DNA of 64,000 nucleotides from Eutreptiella sp. 'Long Island Sound 2002' (taxonomy: Eukaryota > Protista > Euglenida). The stretch covers positions 150,536,001 through 150,600,000 of the forward strand of contig OZ038378.1 in the NCBI GenBank assembly GCA_964036045.1, written 5' to 3'. The translations under genes and the position numbers were made by a program. The notes beneath the pieces are model-generated. The model made no database searches. It worked only from the letters and a program-made list of their open reading frames with translations, and was not told where the DNA came from. This document shows, piece by piece, positions 11,699 through 24,652 of this stretch; within the stretch, counting starts at the first letter, position 1; the number at the start of each line of letters is the position of its first letter.

Positions 11699-14600
11699 TT
11701 CAAGCCTGTCGGCCCATTCCTTCTCCAAAATTGTCAGCCCGACTCCAGCCCCTCACCTCCTCCCAACCGGGCCTTCAACTCAACTATGGCAGGAATAAGC
11801 CCCATGGAATCTGCCACTCTGTAACATCGGCTCCTGTCACCTGGGACACAAACTGCAGCCACCATGCCCTTTCAGTTTCGGCTTTGGTTTGTGCTTGGCC
11901 ACAGGTGCTGCTTCTGGGACCTAGAGCTGGGCAAGTTTGCAGTCCAAACCCTTCATTTCGGCTTGAGTTGGGTCAGATTATCCCAGTTTCTTTACAATTG
12001 GGGGCACAGTGTCATATGACCACAGGAGCATCAGTGACATGAGTCGTGCAGGTGGTTGCTTGTTGCCAAGAGGTAACGCCCGAACTCGTGTGGATGGGGT
12101 GGTGGGGAGATGGGCAATAGCTTGGAGAGGATGGATGGAGGGATGAGGCCTGGATGGACAGGTGAGGTGTCGCGGATGGGGAGGCATGGCGGTGCTACAA
12201 CCCGCTAAAGTCCTTCTCAACCTTTGTTTCTCTTTCACCACCAGGGACCACCACCCCGTGGGGACGGTGCTATCTGGATGGGGCAGCCCCACCATTGCCA
12301 GACGCTCACTTCGGTGTCCCCTGGGCACGAGTGGCCAGGAGCCCAGTGTCTCAGCTTGCTGAACTGTGGCCGTGTATGAGTGGGACAGCCCAACAGGATT
12401 GTCCATGGCCTTTACTGTCACAAGAGGTCTTGTCAGGGGCTGGGGGCTCCGGAAGAGATAAGTCATGCCCCAAACACTTGACAAACCTTTCGCAGCTCCG
12501 CCATCTCCGCCATACAAGCACGGATCTGCTGTGTGACTCCCGCGGGAGCAGTGTCCGCCCACGCCTGGGCTGGCACAGGCCGCAACTGCGGGGGACTAGT
12601 GGCACGGGGGCCTGCAGACCCACTGCTGTGCCAAGCCAGGCTGCGCGGGCTGCCATCACGCTGACTGGGGTGGTGTGCAGAGGGGACCGGGGGCCGTGAT
12701 GGCCGCCACACTGGGTCCCACGCTGACATGTGCCCGGGTCACAGCGCTTCAGTTCAAAGGTGTGTGTACCGAGAAGCTGCGACATGCAGCAACTTTGGCA
12801 GCAAAACACATGGCAATGACTGAGAGATGGGGGATGACTGGAGCGAATTTGGTAGTGCAAAAAAGGAACGATCCGTGCACCAGGGGACAGACGTGGGAGG
12901 CCTGGGTGGGTGCTGCATGCTGAGCCCATCAGGGGTTGTTGTGTCCTTCAGCAAAACTTCGGCCCCCAACGGAATCCATCGATGTTTGTTTTGGTTGCGC
13001 CCTGTCTGGCCCACTGGTGTTGGTGGCTGGTAATGGGTCACAGCAGAGCAGTCAAGCTGGTTACAGGCGACAACCCTCAAGTAAATTCGGGGGTTTCACT
13101 GGCTTCGCGATGAGTATACCTGAGATTCGTGTATTTGAGGTTAGAAATGCGCTCTTCCAGGACCATGAAGCCTTTCCTTTGCTGAGAAGTCCTTCCTCCC
13201 CTGGAAAAGACACCTTTTGGGTGTGGGTAGGGGTTCAAGGGGGTTCAAGGCACACAGTCAGTTGTGTTTGCAGCCAATTATTGTGGAATTTTGTGTGTGC
13301 AACGTGCAATGTGTGTGTAGTGTTCGGTGCGTCAGGGGTGCAGAGTATTCGGGGTGCAGTGTGGTGTGCAGAGTGCACAATGTGTCAAGTGTGCAGTGAT
13401 GCTGACGTGCAATGGCGACATTAGGCCGGTGTGATTTTGTACAATCGCGTCACGTTCCGCTGTTCCCTTTGGACTCGGACGGGACATCGTTCATTTAAGG
13501 AGAAATGCACTGAGTTCTGGGAAAGAGGTGCAGTTCATCATCTGGAACGTCTTCTGCTGAACTTGTTGCCACTGAATGTGCACTTCGTCTGCACTCTTCT
13601 ACAAGCAGTGGATGCCTCTATTGCTTGCCTGTCATGCCTTGTTCACGGGGCCACCATGACAATTCTGTGTGCCAAAGCGCATCACATATGGCATGCTCAC
13701 TGCCCACCTCAAGTTGGTGCATGTGACATTGCGATTTTTGAAGAGTTGCAATCATGGTTCCGTTTCTTTTGGTGCACGTCCAGAATCTGCTGCAGTGAAA
13801 AGCTGCCTCGTCACGCTTTCAAGCTTTCAATCGTATGGATGTTCGGGAGCAGTGCAGATGGAAAAGACAGGCTGGATGAGAAGCCACTTAGAGTGAGAAG
13901 TGTTTCCAGCTTTGTGTTTAGTTTCGGATAATGGGGCAGGTGAGCAGGGTTTGGGCAACAGCCCCATATTCGTTGCACACAGAGCGAGGTGTTCGGTGGT
14001 TCCCTGGACTGCAGGCTGGGATGAATCCACATACCCATGAGGACCCCCGTGGTTGAAATTGTGCGGTTTCCGGGGCTTTGCTTGGTGTTTACAGAGGAGG
14101 GTTGGGACTTCTGGGTGGGTGGGTGACCAGCAACCCCCACTTCCCGCGGAAGGGTGTGAGTGGGTGAATTGCACAAGGTACCATGTCCTCAACTCCAAAG
14201 TCCCCCAAATACCACGGGGGGACCCGGAGAGGCTTAGAAGAACCTGGCCCGCCAAGCGCACCCCAGTCGTGCCCCGCGCACACTTGTCCAAGCTACACTA
14301 CCCATAGGGGCCGCTTTTTTGTTTCACCGAAATGATTTTGGTTACAATTTCAATGTTACTATCACAGGCCACCTTTTAGGTCAGATCCTCCCAATTGGAC
14401 GGACGTAGACCGTCAAGAATTTGAGTGCATTTGTGGGTGTTTCTTGTTTCCACCAATTCCAAGCTATATTCTCACCAAGGGGGAGGGGGCAGAAAAAAAC
14501 GTGATTACAACATACGGTACAAGCATACAGCGTTGTTTTTGCAGGCAACCCCTTGGCGCAATCATCATTCAAACTGCAACTGTTCTTGTGTTCGAGAGGA

Positions 14601-16249
14601 TATGCTATGGACAATCTAGATGAAGCACAATGTATTCATCCGTCATAAAACTACATCCATATCTACAATCAAACGGCAACATTCGTGCGTGTTCACCTGA
14701 TGACTTATATATCGGCAAGTGCTGCCTGCATGCGACATACTGTGTGTCTTACCTCCTACTGCTACTGTGATCAAGCACTCCTTCGGCTCTCAGTTGCTGT
14801 GGTAGTCCTATCGTGTGTTCTGCCGTGTGTCTGTGTGTTCAATTGCTGTTGCTGTGTCAACCCCTTGGGGGGGGGGGGTACAAAACTTTTTTCCTTACAC
14901 AATGTCCAAAATTTCCATGAAACACAGAGGTTTCAAGGCGAATGGTTGGTTGATCACATAGAAAACAAACGAGATAAGTGACAAACGGCGCACGTTGATC
15001 TTTTGACCATCGCACCATCAATGTGTGAACACTACGGCCCTGGCTGAATGCGCAAAGAATGGTAGGGAAGTCGCACCCTTCAACTGTGGTTGAGGAGGGG
15101 TGTTACTCCCTCAGTCAGAAGTAGCAGAGGCCCAATACTACTTCTTTCCCCATCCCCTTGGATCATGCAACAACATGTCACACAATGGCAAGTGCTTGGT
15201 TAACCATGGTTGTGTGTAAGTGTGGGTGTGTGGTTCTGGATGTGTGTGTTGCAGCACTCCCTGATTTTTGCACGCACATCGCAACCAAAATCTGTGCACA
15301 TAAACCAAACACCATGTTTGTTTCGGGTTGTGTTTGCTTGCTTGGGGCAATGGGACAAATCTGATGAGCAGAGGAAACAAGATAATTTCCCAAAACAAAA
15401 AAATACACCATATGCGCGTCGGAAGCAGTGTGTTGCACATCGTTCATCCTACATTGCATTTGCCAGCTCCGCCCAAACCTGCCCATCCCAGCACTCTCTT
15501 GACCACCCTATAGTGCACAGCGTGACACTGGCCTCCCCTGCCCTGCATCGCATTCCCTTGGCCCCCAAACTGGCTTACACTATAGGGGTGTCTCCAAAGT
15601 TAGAGCACTCCAAAGTCAAATGACTCCAAAGTCGTGGACCATGTGTTTTGACTGTGGAGTGCAAAAACAACATTCCAAAAGCAAGAATTGCCTCATTCTC
15701 TCAGTGCTTTATTGAAAAACGAAAAAAACATACAAGAGGATGTTTGACCTTGGAGTGCAAAATCTGCCTCCCAAGGGAGGCCTTTGACTTTCAAGTGCCA
15801 TGACTTTCGGCACTCCCTTGTACACTCCCTTGTACACTCCCTTACCTTGTTCAGCGAATGGTGTAGTGGTCTCATACCTCCCAAAAAAGTCCCCCCAGTA
15901 ATGGTCGTGATCTTGGGCTGCAATCGAGATCACGGTCCCATACTCTCCAAGATGGACGTTGTCATCAGACTCCGGCCACGGAGCAAAAACATCAATCTTT
16001 GCCTCACTTTGAAGAGAAAACTGCTCGGGACAACACATCGTGCAGATTCCAGAAGATTTGCAGCGACTATCCACACCAACCACGGCTTCCAAGAAGATGC
16101 CATCCACCAAAATGTCCCACAACAAAGGACGGCCCACCGTCGGCAACCGGGAGACATCCAGGAGACTGTTGTTGGAGGGTGTTTGGGTAGCAACGGAGGG
16201 TCCAAGCACAGGTGGTCTTTGGACACCTCCTTAGATGGCAACTAGCTGG

Positions 16250-19200
16250 TGTGATTTAAAGCGTAATTCAATAATGCGCTCCCGATTGCAACAAGGGCAG
16301 CCACCGTCCTTCTCGGTCTAAGAGCGGACCTTGATCGCTTTGGGCATATCGTCTAGGACTGCGGTCGCAACATCCTTCGACCCATGATCTGCACCTGTAG
16401 GGGGACCAACCAGATGGCGATCGAGGTCCGCACGCGATTTGTGCGAGGGATTCCAGGTACTCTGGGCCCCTAGTGGTTGTACGGGGAGAACATGTGCCGA
16501 CTTGCCTGACACGTACTCGTAGACTTACCACCTATAAGAGTCCGGGGGGTCTCACAGGAGGTCCGCTACTCGGTTACACCGTGCCTCATAGCACGCGGAG
16601 CCTAGGTCAGTCATCCCCGGCATGAACGTAGTGACCGCCCCGTCAGCTTCCACAGAAGAATGAATCTAACCCGACAAGGCGTGTCTTAGATTGGAGCTTT
16701 GACGAACAAGCCAGAAGGTGTCTAGAATGGGTTCGGAGATCCTCCGCTACAGGGTGTGCAAGATCCAATCCAACGCCTGTTGATTGACTAGGGTTGCCAT
16801 GTCTTTGTAGACGCCTTGTCGAATTGCCTGGTGCGCGCTACGGAGGTGGTGCCCAGTTATTGTGGCATCCACAAGATGCAATGCACTGCAAGGCTCAAAC
16901 GCGTGCAGGATTGCTGAAGCGGCTCCTAGTACTTCAACGTCCGGGATTGTGCCGTAGAACGCCCCAACCCATGGGGTGGGGGGGAGGCTAGCTGGCCACA
17001 TTGGTTACCTGTGGACTTTGGGGGAATGCATCCGATGAGGTGCAAGCCTGTGCCCCCTCTTGAGGCAGCCAACAATACCGTCGTGGGACGAACCACACAA
17101 AGTTTGTTGGACTGTACAACTCGGAGTCACCGGAGTCAAGGATCGGGGCCATTGTGGTTAGCAGCTTGACCGCGGAATGACAGCTCCATTGTATGAGTGT
17201 GCCTAGGTGAACGTCACCAGGACAATTGTTTGCCGTGTGAGTTTCTTTGCCCCATACAGCTTGTGTGCAGTGTGACTGGGACGCAAATACACATCCTGTT
17301 TGTAGGGCGGCTGTCTACACTGCTGCCACTGAGGCATGCTTAATTTGGGTAGGGTGAAGGAGACATTCATTGTCGGGGAGGGTGTCACTTGCCGCAAAGT
17401 GCCCTTGGATTCTTGATTGCCATGAGTCCCCCTTCCGTGACGCCATGCTGGGAAGCAGGATGTGAACATGTTCACTGGCAGATTGTTGCACATCTGGTCC
17501 CCATCGGAGGTGGCATTGCCTCCTGATATGAGCGTGCTCATGCAATTTCTCTATCTTGGGGATGCCCAACACTCGTGGATCACGCAGTGTGTATGATGTG
17601 AGCAGCTCCGTGCGGTCTGTAAGTTGCAATTGTGGGAGATGGGCTCCTGGGCAAGTGAGGACAAGACTTATGAGCAAACACCCCTTGTCGCTATCGACCT
17701 GAGTAGCCGCAACGCCGAGTGGTCACCCTGTTGAAGCCTCCAACATGCAGATGGCGGTAGAACTTGGCCGCACGCCGTGTTCTTCGTGGATCCACCGCAA
17801 TAGGGACCGTAGCTCCTATTTGACACGTCTCAAAGAGTGGGGCACAAGGGAGGCTGCCGTCACTATTGTGGCGTCCTTGCATGCTTCCACTACGTCCGTG
17901 AAATGTATGCCGTCCTCCGCTTGTGTGGCCATGCTCGAGAAGTCAAAGGGGAGCTTCTCTGCCCGAAATACCGCTCTGCAAACAGCTTTTTGCAGCATGC
18001 GCAGAGCCGGAGACTGTTTAGAGATGAAGGGCAGAGCATACCGTATAATTCCGCTAACCACGGCCTCGTGGGCTAAGATGCGCAGGGGTTGAGGGCATAA
18101 AGCAGATTCGCACCATCCAAGCACGAAGCTTAGGTGTTGTACATGCTTCATCTGGAGGTCAACTAGGCCATCTACATTCCTCAATTGTCCTAGGTACCAC
18201 ACCCACTTGGAAATGCGCCCTAGTGTCCAGGGGGCGGTTGGACTGTTTGGGCGGAGTCAGAGAAGCAATGCGGTGATGTCAGTGTTTGTCGTCGCCTTGC
18301 ACTTCGATACATTGAGGTCCATACCGATGACGTGCATTAGCTCCTCAACCATCCTAGTGAGGCACACGAACTATTCTAGGTCATGCGCGGCGAGCAGAAT
18401 ATCTTTGGAGTAAGCTTGTATGAGGGCCCTCCAAGTTCCCTCGGGTATCTTCCCTATGTGGGACTCTATCTCTCACAGCATGGGCTCCAGCAGGAGTGCA
18501 AACAAGATGATGCTTTCCGCACGGCCATGGCGCAGTCCGCGCCGCATGTGACCGGCGCAGATAGGCCTTGGGCGTGACAATGCGAATGCTGGACTCGTAC
18601 CTCAGGGTGTGAAAGAGAGGAACAAACGGGTCGAGCACCGCCATGTGCCGCACGAGATAGGCAAGGTGCCCATGAGGGACTGTGTCGAATGCCTTGGACA
18701 CATCAAAGCATAAGGAACTTAGTGCTATGGTGTCGTTGTAGCGGTATTTGCACCATGGAAATGGGGGCTGCTAGCGAGAGACCTAGTATAGCACCAATCA
18801 CAGGACCATCCTTCCTTTCTCCACACCGCTGTGAACCTTCGCATGAGTGGCGCCATCAACATTCGCATGTCTTGTTGCCCAAGAGCAATGGGGCGGTAAG
18901 CATCGAGATACCCTATCAGCGTGGACTTCGGTAAGAGCCACATGAGTGCCTCCTTCCAGGGCTCCGGCGGGTGTGCTCCAGCTAGAATGGCTCGGAAGGT
19001 AGCCACTACGAGATGTTGTAGGAGATGTGGGAAAGCTTGCAAGAGACGTATAGTGGCGCAGTTGGAGCATGTCGCCTTATCCTCCACAATGGCATCATTC
19101 ACCACTTTGTCCACGTCGGCGATGGTGTACTCCATTACCCCATCCTAGTCTTGCACCATCCCCCGAGGATGTGTTTTTGTACTTGCCGGGCACAGGTAGC

Positions 19201-19520
19201 CAGGTGAACTGTCTTTGGTGTGTACCCCTTGTGCCAGCAATCTCGCACCTCGGGCACAACTACATCGGCAGCCGTGATGGCGGTGTTAGCCTTGTCCCTC
19301 GGTCTTACGCTCCACATTCCTGTTGGAGAGTAAGCTTGAACCGAGAGGGCCCCTCATGAAGCTTCCCACCGGAGCTGCATATCAGGCGCATGACTTTTCC
19401 AGAAGTCCTTGATGGACGACCACCTCCAGTGAATGATATGCTCCCGCATCGCTGCTATGGTGGTCCGACTTGCTCCACTTGGCTCTCCATTTCACTGCAC
19501 AAGGCCTCCATGTCCTCAGG
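16250..19520 (-). mobile_element. Degenerate non-LTR retrotransposon (LINE): reverse transcriptase plus probable RNase H-like region
   Basis: RT motifs appear in order across frameshifts: LLPK..YRPIAL (~18900), SKAFDTVPH (~18690), RGLRHGRAESIILFALLLEP (~18520, the RQG-PLSP box), IQAYSKDILL (~18410, decayed YADD), GMDLNVSKC and WYLG (~18310-18190). Ends are approximate. Confidence 0.85.
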
Positions 19521-20249
19521 GTTGAAGTCTAGGAAGTGACGGCATAGTTCCTGAACAACCCTCTGCGCCTCCATGGCACGTACGCCATGTATGTGCACAT
19601 CAAGACGCCAAAGAATTGCCGCCCTTTTGAACAAAGCCCTGTACGAGGTTTAACAATGGCAACAATTTTCGGGTCTCCTTTTGCTCCGGCACGCCATGGC
19701 GAGCATTCTTGGGTTGCGTTCTGCGGCCTACCTCCACCCCCCACGGAATAACAAAAGGTGTAAAGAGTCAAGAAAATTGCATTCACCCTTTCCTACGTAA
19801 GCTCACGCGACTCAGGGTGTCGCAGAGCCGGGGCCGGCATGGGGTCGCACAAGGCTGCCTCTAGGGATTCTGTTGCGGCTTTCTGAACTCTGGGGTCGTT
19901 TGCATCAAACTGAAGGATTTCTGCCCGCAATTTACGAGAATGCTGGGCTTGTTATTCGATGTACATCTTGGACAACTAGTGGCATGCGCATGAGCACCGG
20001 CGAGTGGTCAGACCCTAGGAATGTCTTCGGCCGTTGTGGTTGGACAAGGACCCACTCTTTCGACACCCAAAGGAGAAGAATCGAGGGCCTCAAGAACGAT
20101 TCCAGTCGGTGCTCCCCTCTTGTTGGGAGGGAATCTCGTGAGTCAAGACGTCCCGGAGTGGAAGAAGCCTACAAATTCCAACACGTCAAGGAATGCCCGT
20201 GTTGTCCCGTGTCACAGCATGTTCAACCACAAGTTGAACTCGCCCTCTA

Positions 20250-20915
20250 TCATCATTGGGCCCCCTAATAGGCCCTATAGGCTCCCTAATAGGCCCCCTA
20301 ATAGGCCCCCTAATTGGCCCCCGAATAGGCCTTCTTATAGGCCCCCCAATAGGCCCCGAATAGGCCACTAAAATGGCCCCTAATAGGCCCCCCAAAAGGC
20401 CCCCCAAAAGGCCCCCCAAAAGGCCCCCCAAAAGGCCCCCTAATATGCCCCCCAATAGGCCCCCAAATAGGCCCCCTAATATGCCCCCTAATAGGCCCCC
20501 TAGTCGGCCTCCCGATAGGCCCCCTAATAGGCCCCGGAATAGAGCCACCAATAGGCCCCGTAATAGGCCCCCCAATTGGCCGGCCCGCAAATAAGGCCCC
20601 CAATAGGCCCCCTAGTAGGCCGCCTAATAGGCCACGCAATAGGCATCCTAATAGGCCGCCCAATATGCCCCCTAACAGGCCCCCGAATAGGCCCCCTAAT
20701 AGGCCCCCCAATAAGCCCCACAATAGGCCCCCTATTAGGCCCCCCATTATGCCCCACCATAGGCCCCCTAATAGGCCCCCAAATACACCCCCTAATGGCT
20801 TCCCTAATAGGCCCTGTAATAGGCCCCCTAGTTGGCCGCCTAATAAGGCCCCCAATAGGCCTTCTAATAAGCCCCCCAATAGGCCCCCGAATAGGACGCC
20901 TAATAGACCCCCTAA
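20250..20915. repeat. 12-bp minisatellite (CCCCCTAATAGG)n, ~55 degenerate copies
   Basis: Visible tandem AATAGGCCCCCT; it produces the PPNR/GGLL/IGP ORFs in the track. Confidence 0.95.
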
Positions 20916-21496
20916 GGGGGAATGTTTGCTCGGCGTGCTACTTTTATATTGACTATCCCAACTTCAGCCCTAAATAACTCGGGGCCCCCCAACAAAGGGG
21001 ACAAATTCAAAAGTGGCTACATAACCCCTGCATTGGAAAAGTAGATTCATGATGAGGCATTGGCAAAAAAAAAAAGGAAAAACACATTTCCAGCCCCATA
21101 CCACCCTTATCACCTTGTAGCCCAATGATGTGAGAACCAGAGATGGAACCTAGGACTGTCAAGTTGCAAGTGCAATGCACCACCAACTAGGGCAGTGGCC
21201 ATCTCTGACAACTGGTGGTCAAAGATGGGAAACTAATTTTGTGCTACCTGAAAAGTGCCAAGTTTTGACCATTTTTGAAGTCTCCTACAACATCTGAGTA
21301 TACCGAGTATAGACACATGGGGTGAACACACTTGTTTTACCCTTTTCAATAATGCCCATGGTATCACAAAGTGTCAGGTTCTAGGACAGCTAGACATCCA
21401 AATAGTTGCACGGTACGCGCACTGCGCTTGCTGCACCCCTTAAAAGGTCACCGCCGGGGCACGGGTCAAAAAAAAATGCCCGGCGTGCTAACGCTC

Positions 21497-21860
21497 CCCC
21501 TAAAAGGCCCCTGAGTGGGCCCCCCAAGAGGCCTCCTAATAGGCCCCCTAATAGGCCCCGCAATAGGAACCCCAATAGGCCGCCCAATATGCCCCCAAAT
21601 AGCCCCCTGAATAAGCACCCTGATAGGCCCCCCAATAGGCCCCCAATAGGCCCCCTATTAGGCCCCACCATAGGCCCCCTAAATGGCCCTAAAATACGGC
21701 CCCCGATGGCTTCCCTAATAGGCCCCCTAATAGGCCATGTAATAGGCCCCCCAACAGGGCCCCCAATAGTCCCACCATTAAGCCCCCTAATAGGCCCCCC
21801 AAAAGGCCTCCCGATAAGCCCCCCAATAGGCCCCCGGATAGGACGCCTAATACACCCCCT
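21497..21860. repeat. 12-bp minisatellite (CCCCCTAATAGG)n, second array
   Basis: Same unit; shares variant blocks (GGCTTCCCTAATAGG, AGGACGCCTAATA) with the 20.3-20.9 kb array. Confidence 0.95.
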
Positions 21861-22852
21861 GGGACAGCGTTGTGGAGGAATTTGGGGTTGGGAGAAGCGA
21901 AGCCTCAAGAAGACGCACTGCTTTGTGGATGCACATTGATTGTGCAAAGGGCGTGACAGATGAAGCCATATTCATAACTATTTTCAATATACACCACCAA
22001 ACGAGGCCAAAAAAAGCCTAACCTGTGCCAGCCCAAAGACCCCCACTGAAACGAACTCATTTAGGAAAGAGCAGCAGTACAACAAAGAAATATCTACAAC
22101 ATAATGGAAAACAATGGTATGTACAGTTGTCAGTCAAAGATTTTTTGTTTTGACTGACTCGTTCTAATTGGGATTTGTAATGTACAACGTTTTTTTTGCA
22201 ATACCAGTAGCCAGCAGCAGCTCTGTGAAGGTTGAAAGACCCTCATAAGCGTGAGGGTGATATGATGCGATTTGAACACATGTGCACCAACACCGGCCGA
22301 ACAAACCTAAACCAGAAGGCACCAAATCACTGTCTGATTTGGCTTCAAGTGCAGAACCTACTTCACAAAACCCGTCCTTCTTCCACTGGTTTGCCTGTTT
22401 TCATCAGGTTCTAAATATCAGAAGAAAGACACCGAATACAACATAGATATACCCCGCCCTCCCTGCAGCCCCCCCTCGAGCGGCCGCAAGCTGGCAGAGG
22501 AGAGGGAGCAGGGGGACATGTTTGTGGCGAGGAATTGTCCATTGGCGCGCGAGTAGTGGTCTGCAGCTGATTTAGGTGCGGATCGTTGTTGCAACAGGGA
22601 CCAGGGGGGGGGGGGGGGCGGATGGGTGGAGAAGGACGGGGCCAGCTGCATAACTCAATCCTGTTCCTGTACAGCATGCCGTGATTGCAGGACCAAACAG
22701 ATTTACAGGGGGCATTTGATGCGACAGCTTGTCCTGAGTAAGATTTTTCTGAGGGGGGGGGGGGTAGATCAGGCTGCGCTGACCCCACACGTGTGGAAAT
22801 TGGTGTTGAGGTACAAGGAATACCCGGATGGGCAATATTCTCCCGCCCTCCC

Positions 22853-24652
22853 AACCACCCCCCCAATTCGGCGAAGAAATCCCAACAATTCGGCAGGACA
22901 ATTCGGCGGGCCTATTTTTCGGCGAACTGCTTCCCAGTCAACAGGATTATGACCCTGGCCCCCCAAACACACTGTCCCTTTGGTTGCTGTGTTGTCAGAG
23001 ACATGTGGAAACCCTTGTAAGCTGAAAAATGTTTTGCATCGTGCAGGAGGTATAAGACGAAAAATGATGATGGCAGAGCGAAAATGAGTGGTTGACTGGT
23101 TACAATGCTGGGTTATAAGATGCTGAAATTTTGGATACCCAGGTTCAAACCGCTTTGAGGGTACTTTTGTGACCTGGACCCAGAGTCAAAGACAGGTTTT
23201 TGCAAGTGTCCGGGGGGTAACTTGGGGTAACTTGGTCCCACCGTTTCGGTTTGTGGCGCTTTTGTTTGCATGTGCACGGGAAGACTGTGCACTTTCTGAA
23301 TATCCAAAAAGCGCCGATTGCTTCAACTACATTTTGGAAAAACGGCACCGTTTTTGGGCGGGGTCACCCAGAAAAATGGCAAAACCTGCCCACAGTCAAA
23401 TAGGGGGTTTTGGAGGTGTCCGGGGGGTAACTTGGTCCCACCGTTTCAGTTTGTGGCGCTTTTTTTTGCATGTGCACGGGAAGACTGTGCACTTTTTGAA
23501 TATCCAAAAAGCGCCGATTGCTTCAACGACATTTTGGAAAAACGGCACCGTTTCTGGGCGGGGTCACCCAGAAAAATGGCAAAACCTGCCCACAGTCAAA
23601 TAGGGGGTTTTGGAGGTGTCGGGGGGGGAACTTGGTCCCGGCGTTTCAGTTTGTGGCGCTTTTTTTTGCATGTGCACGGGAAGACTGTGCACTTCCTGAA
23701 TATCCAAGAGGTGTGAATTGGTATAACGACATTTTTGAAATCTGGGCCCGTTTCTGGCCGGAAAAATCACAAAAAAATGAACAACAACAAGAGCACACTC
23801 CTTTGGCACTGCACCCAACCCGCAAATGCAGAGAGAGAACAAAGGCACACAGAAACAAATGCACAGAGATTTCTCAAGCGATGAAAGTCCGCAGTGGGAA
23901 TGACTGCAATCGCAGTCTCAGAGTCCGGAATCCACTGATTGGGGGCCTGTTGATGAGCTGCCCGAAGAACGGCGGCTGAAGAACGCACTGGGCCGTGCAG
24001 AGCGAACACAAAATTCGCAAACTGCCCCCTCACCGGCATCAGGATACTTGTCCCGAAGCAAAGCTTGATCAGCGGAGGACAACGAATCCCAGCGTCCTTT
24101 TGTGGACAGTAAAAACACTGCATGGTGCCAATCTGAATAACCAATGTAAAAAGAAAAGGTATTATGCAGTGTCCCAAAGTAAGGGATGCCTCCAACTCAG
24201 GTGACCCAGAACCCATGAACCCCAACAGGTCGGCAAAACGAGGCGGCAAAGTCCCAGAAACCTAGTGATTCGGCAAAACAAATCGGCGAAATTCAGAAAC
24301 CGAACAATTTGGCAGACCAATTCGGCAAATTCGGCCAAATTCGGCCGCCGAATGGGGGGGTTGGCATTACTTCAAAGGCCAAGCTGAGGACAATTTGCAG
24401 TGCAATGTCAGATTGCAGTGCTACACGCAGCATTGTCCGGTCATCGGATGCAGGCGGGGCGGTTTGCGCCGCGCCCCACACAGCACCAACAATAGGCTGT
24501 TACCACGTAGTACAATCAGCGGCAGAACAAAAAATTAAGACTGAATATCTTTGGCGCACACACATCATGAATGCCTGAGGTAACGAACAATTCGGCAGAC
24601 CAATTCGGCAAATTCGGCCAAGTTCGGCCGCCGAATTGGGGGGGGGGGGGTT
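22853..24652. mobile_element. 1.8-kb non-autonomous DNA transposon with TIRs and an 8-bp TSD (GCCCTCCC)
   Basis: GCCCTCCC lies at 22845-22852 and 24653-24660, with a single copy at the empty site 30870-30877. Left end AACCACCCCCCCAATTCGGCG matches the right-end reverse complement AAC(13)AATTCGGCG. Subterminal AATTCGGC repeats occur at both ends. Confidence 0.85.
23206..23706. repeat. 200-bp tandem repeat, ~2.5 copies, inside the 1.8-kb element
   Basis: CTTGGTCCC at 23231, 23431 and 23631; CACAGTCAAA at 23391 and 23591. Confidence 0.9.

Noticed and set aside
12010-12070. TTHVTD as the missing second YoaK motif
   Set aside because: It lacks the following Gly and any flanking similarity, and lies 33 kb away beyond another same-strand gene.
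15361-15385. Hammerhead ribozyme core CTGATGAG...GAAA
   Set aside because: No stem II can form between CTGATGA and GAAA, and there are no stems I/III. The CTGATGA-CGC-AAA-GCG at ~57995 lacks GAAA.
20186-21947. Collagen-like or PPNR/GGLL-repeat ORFs on both strands (also 29506-29970)
   Set aside because: They are stop-poor translations of the 12-bp minisatellite in several frames at once, with no splice signals or unique coding flanks.
23918-24249. THAP or transposase remnant inside the 1.8-kb element (CFYC, VCEFC)
   Set aside because: There is no C2CH signature, DDE motif or long frame; too weak to call.
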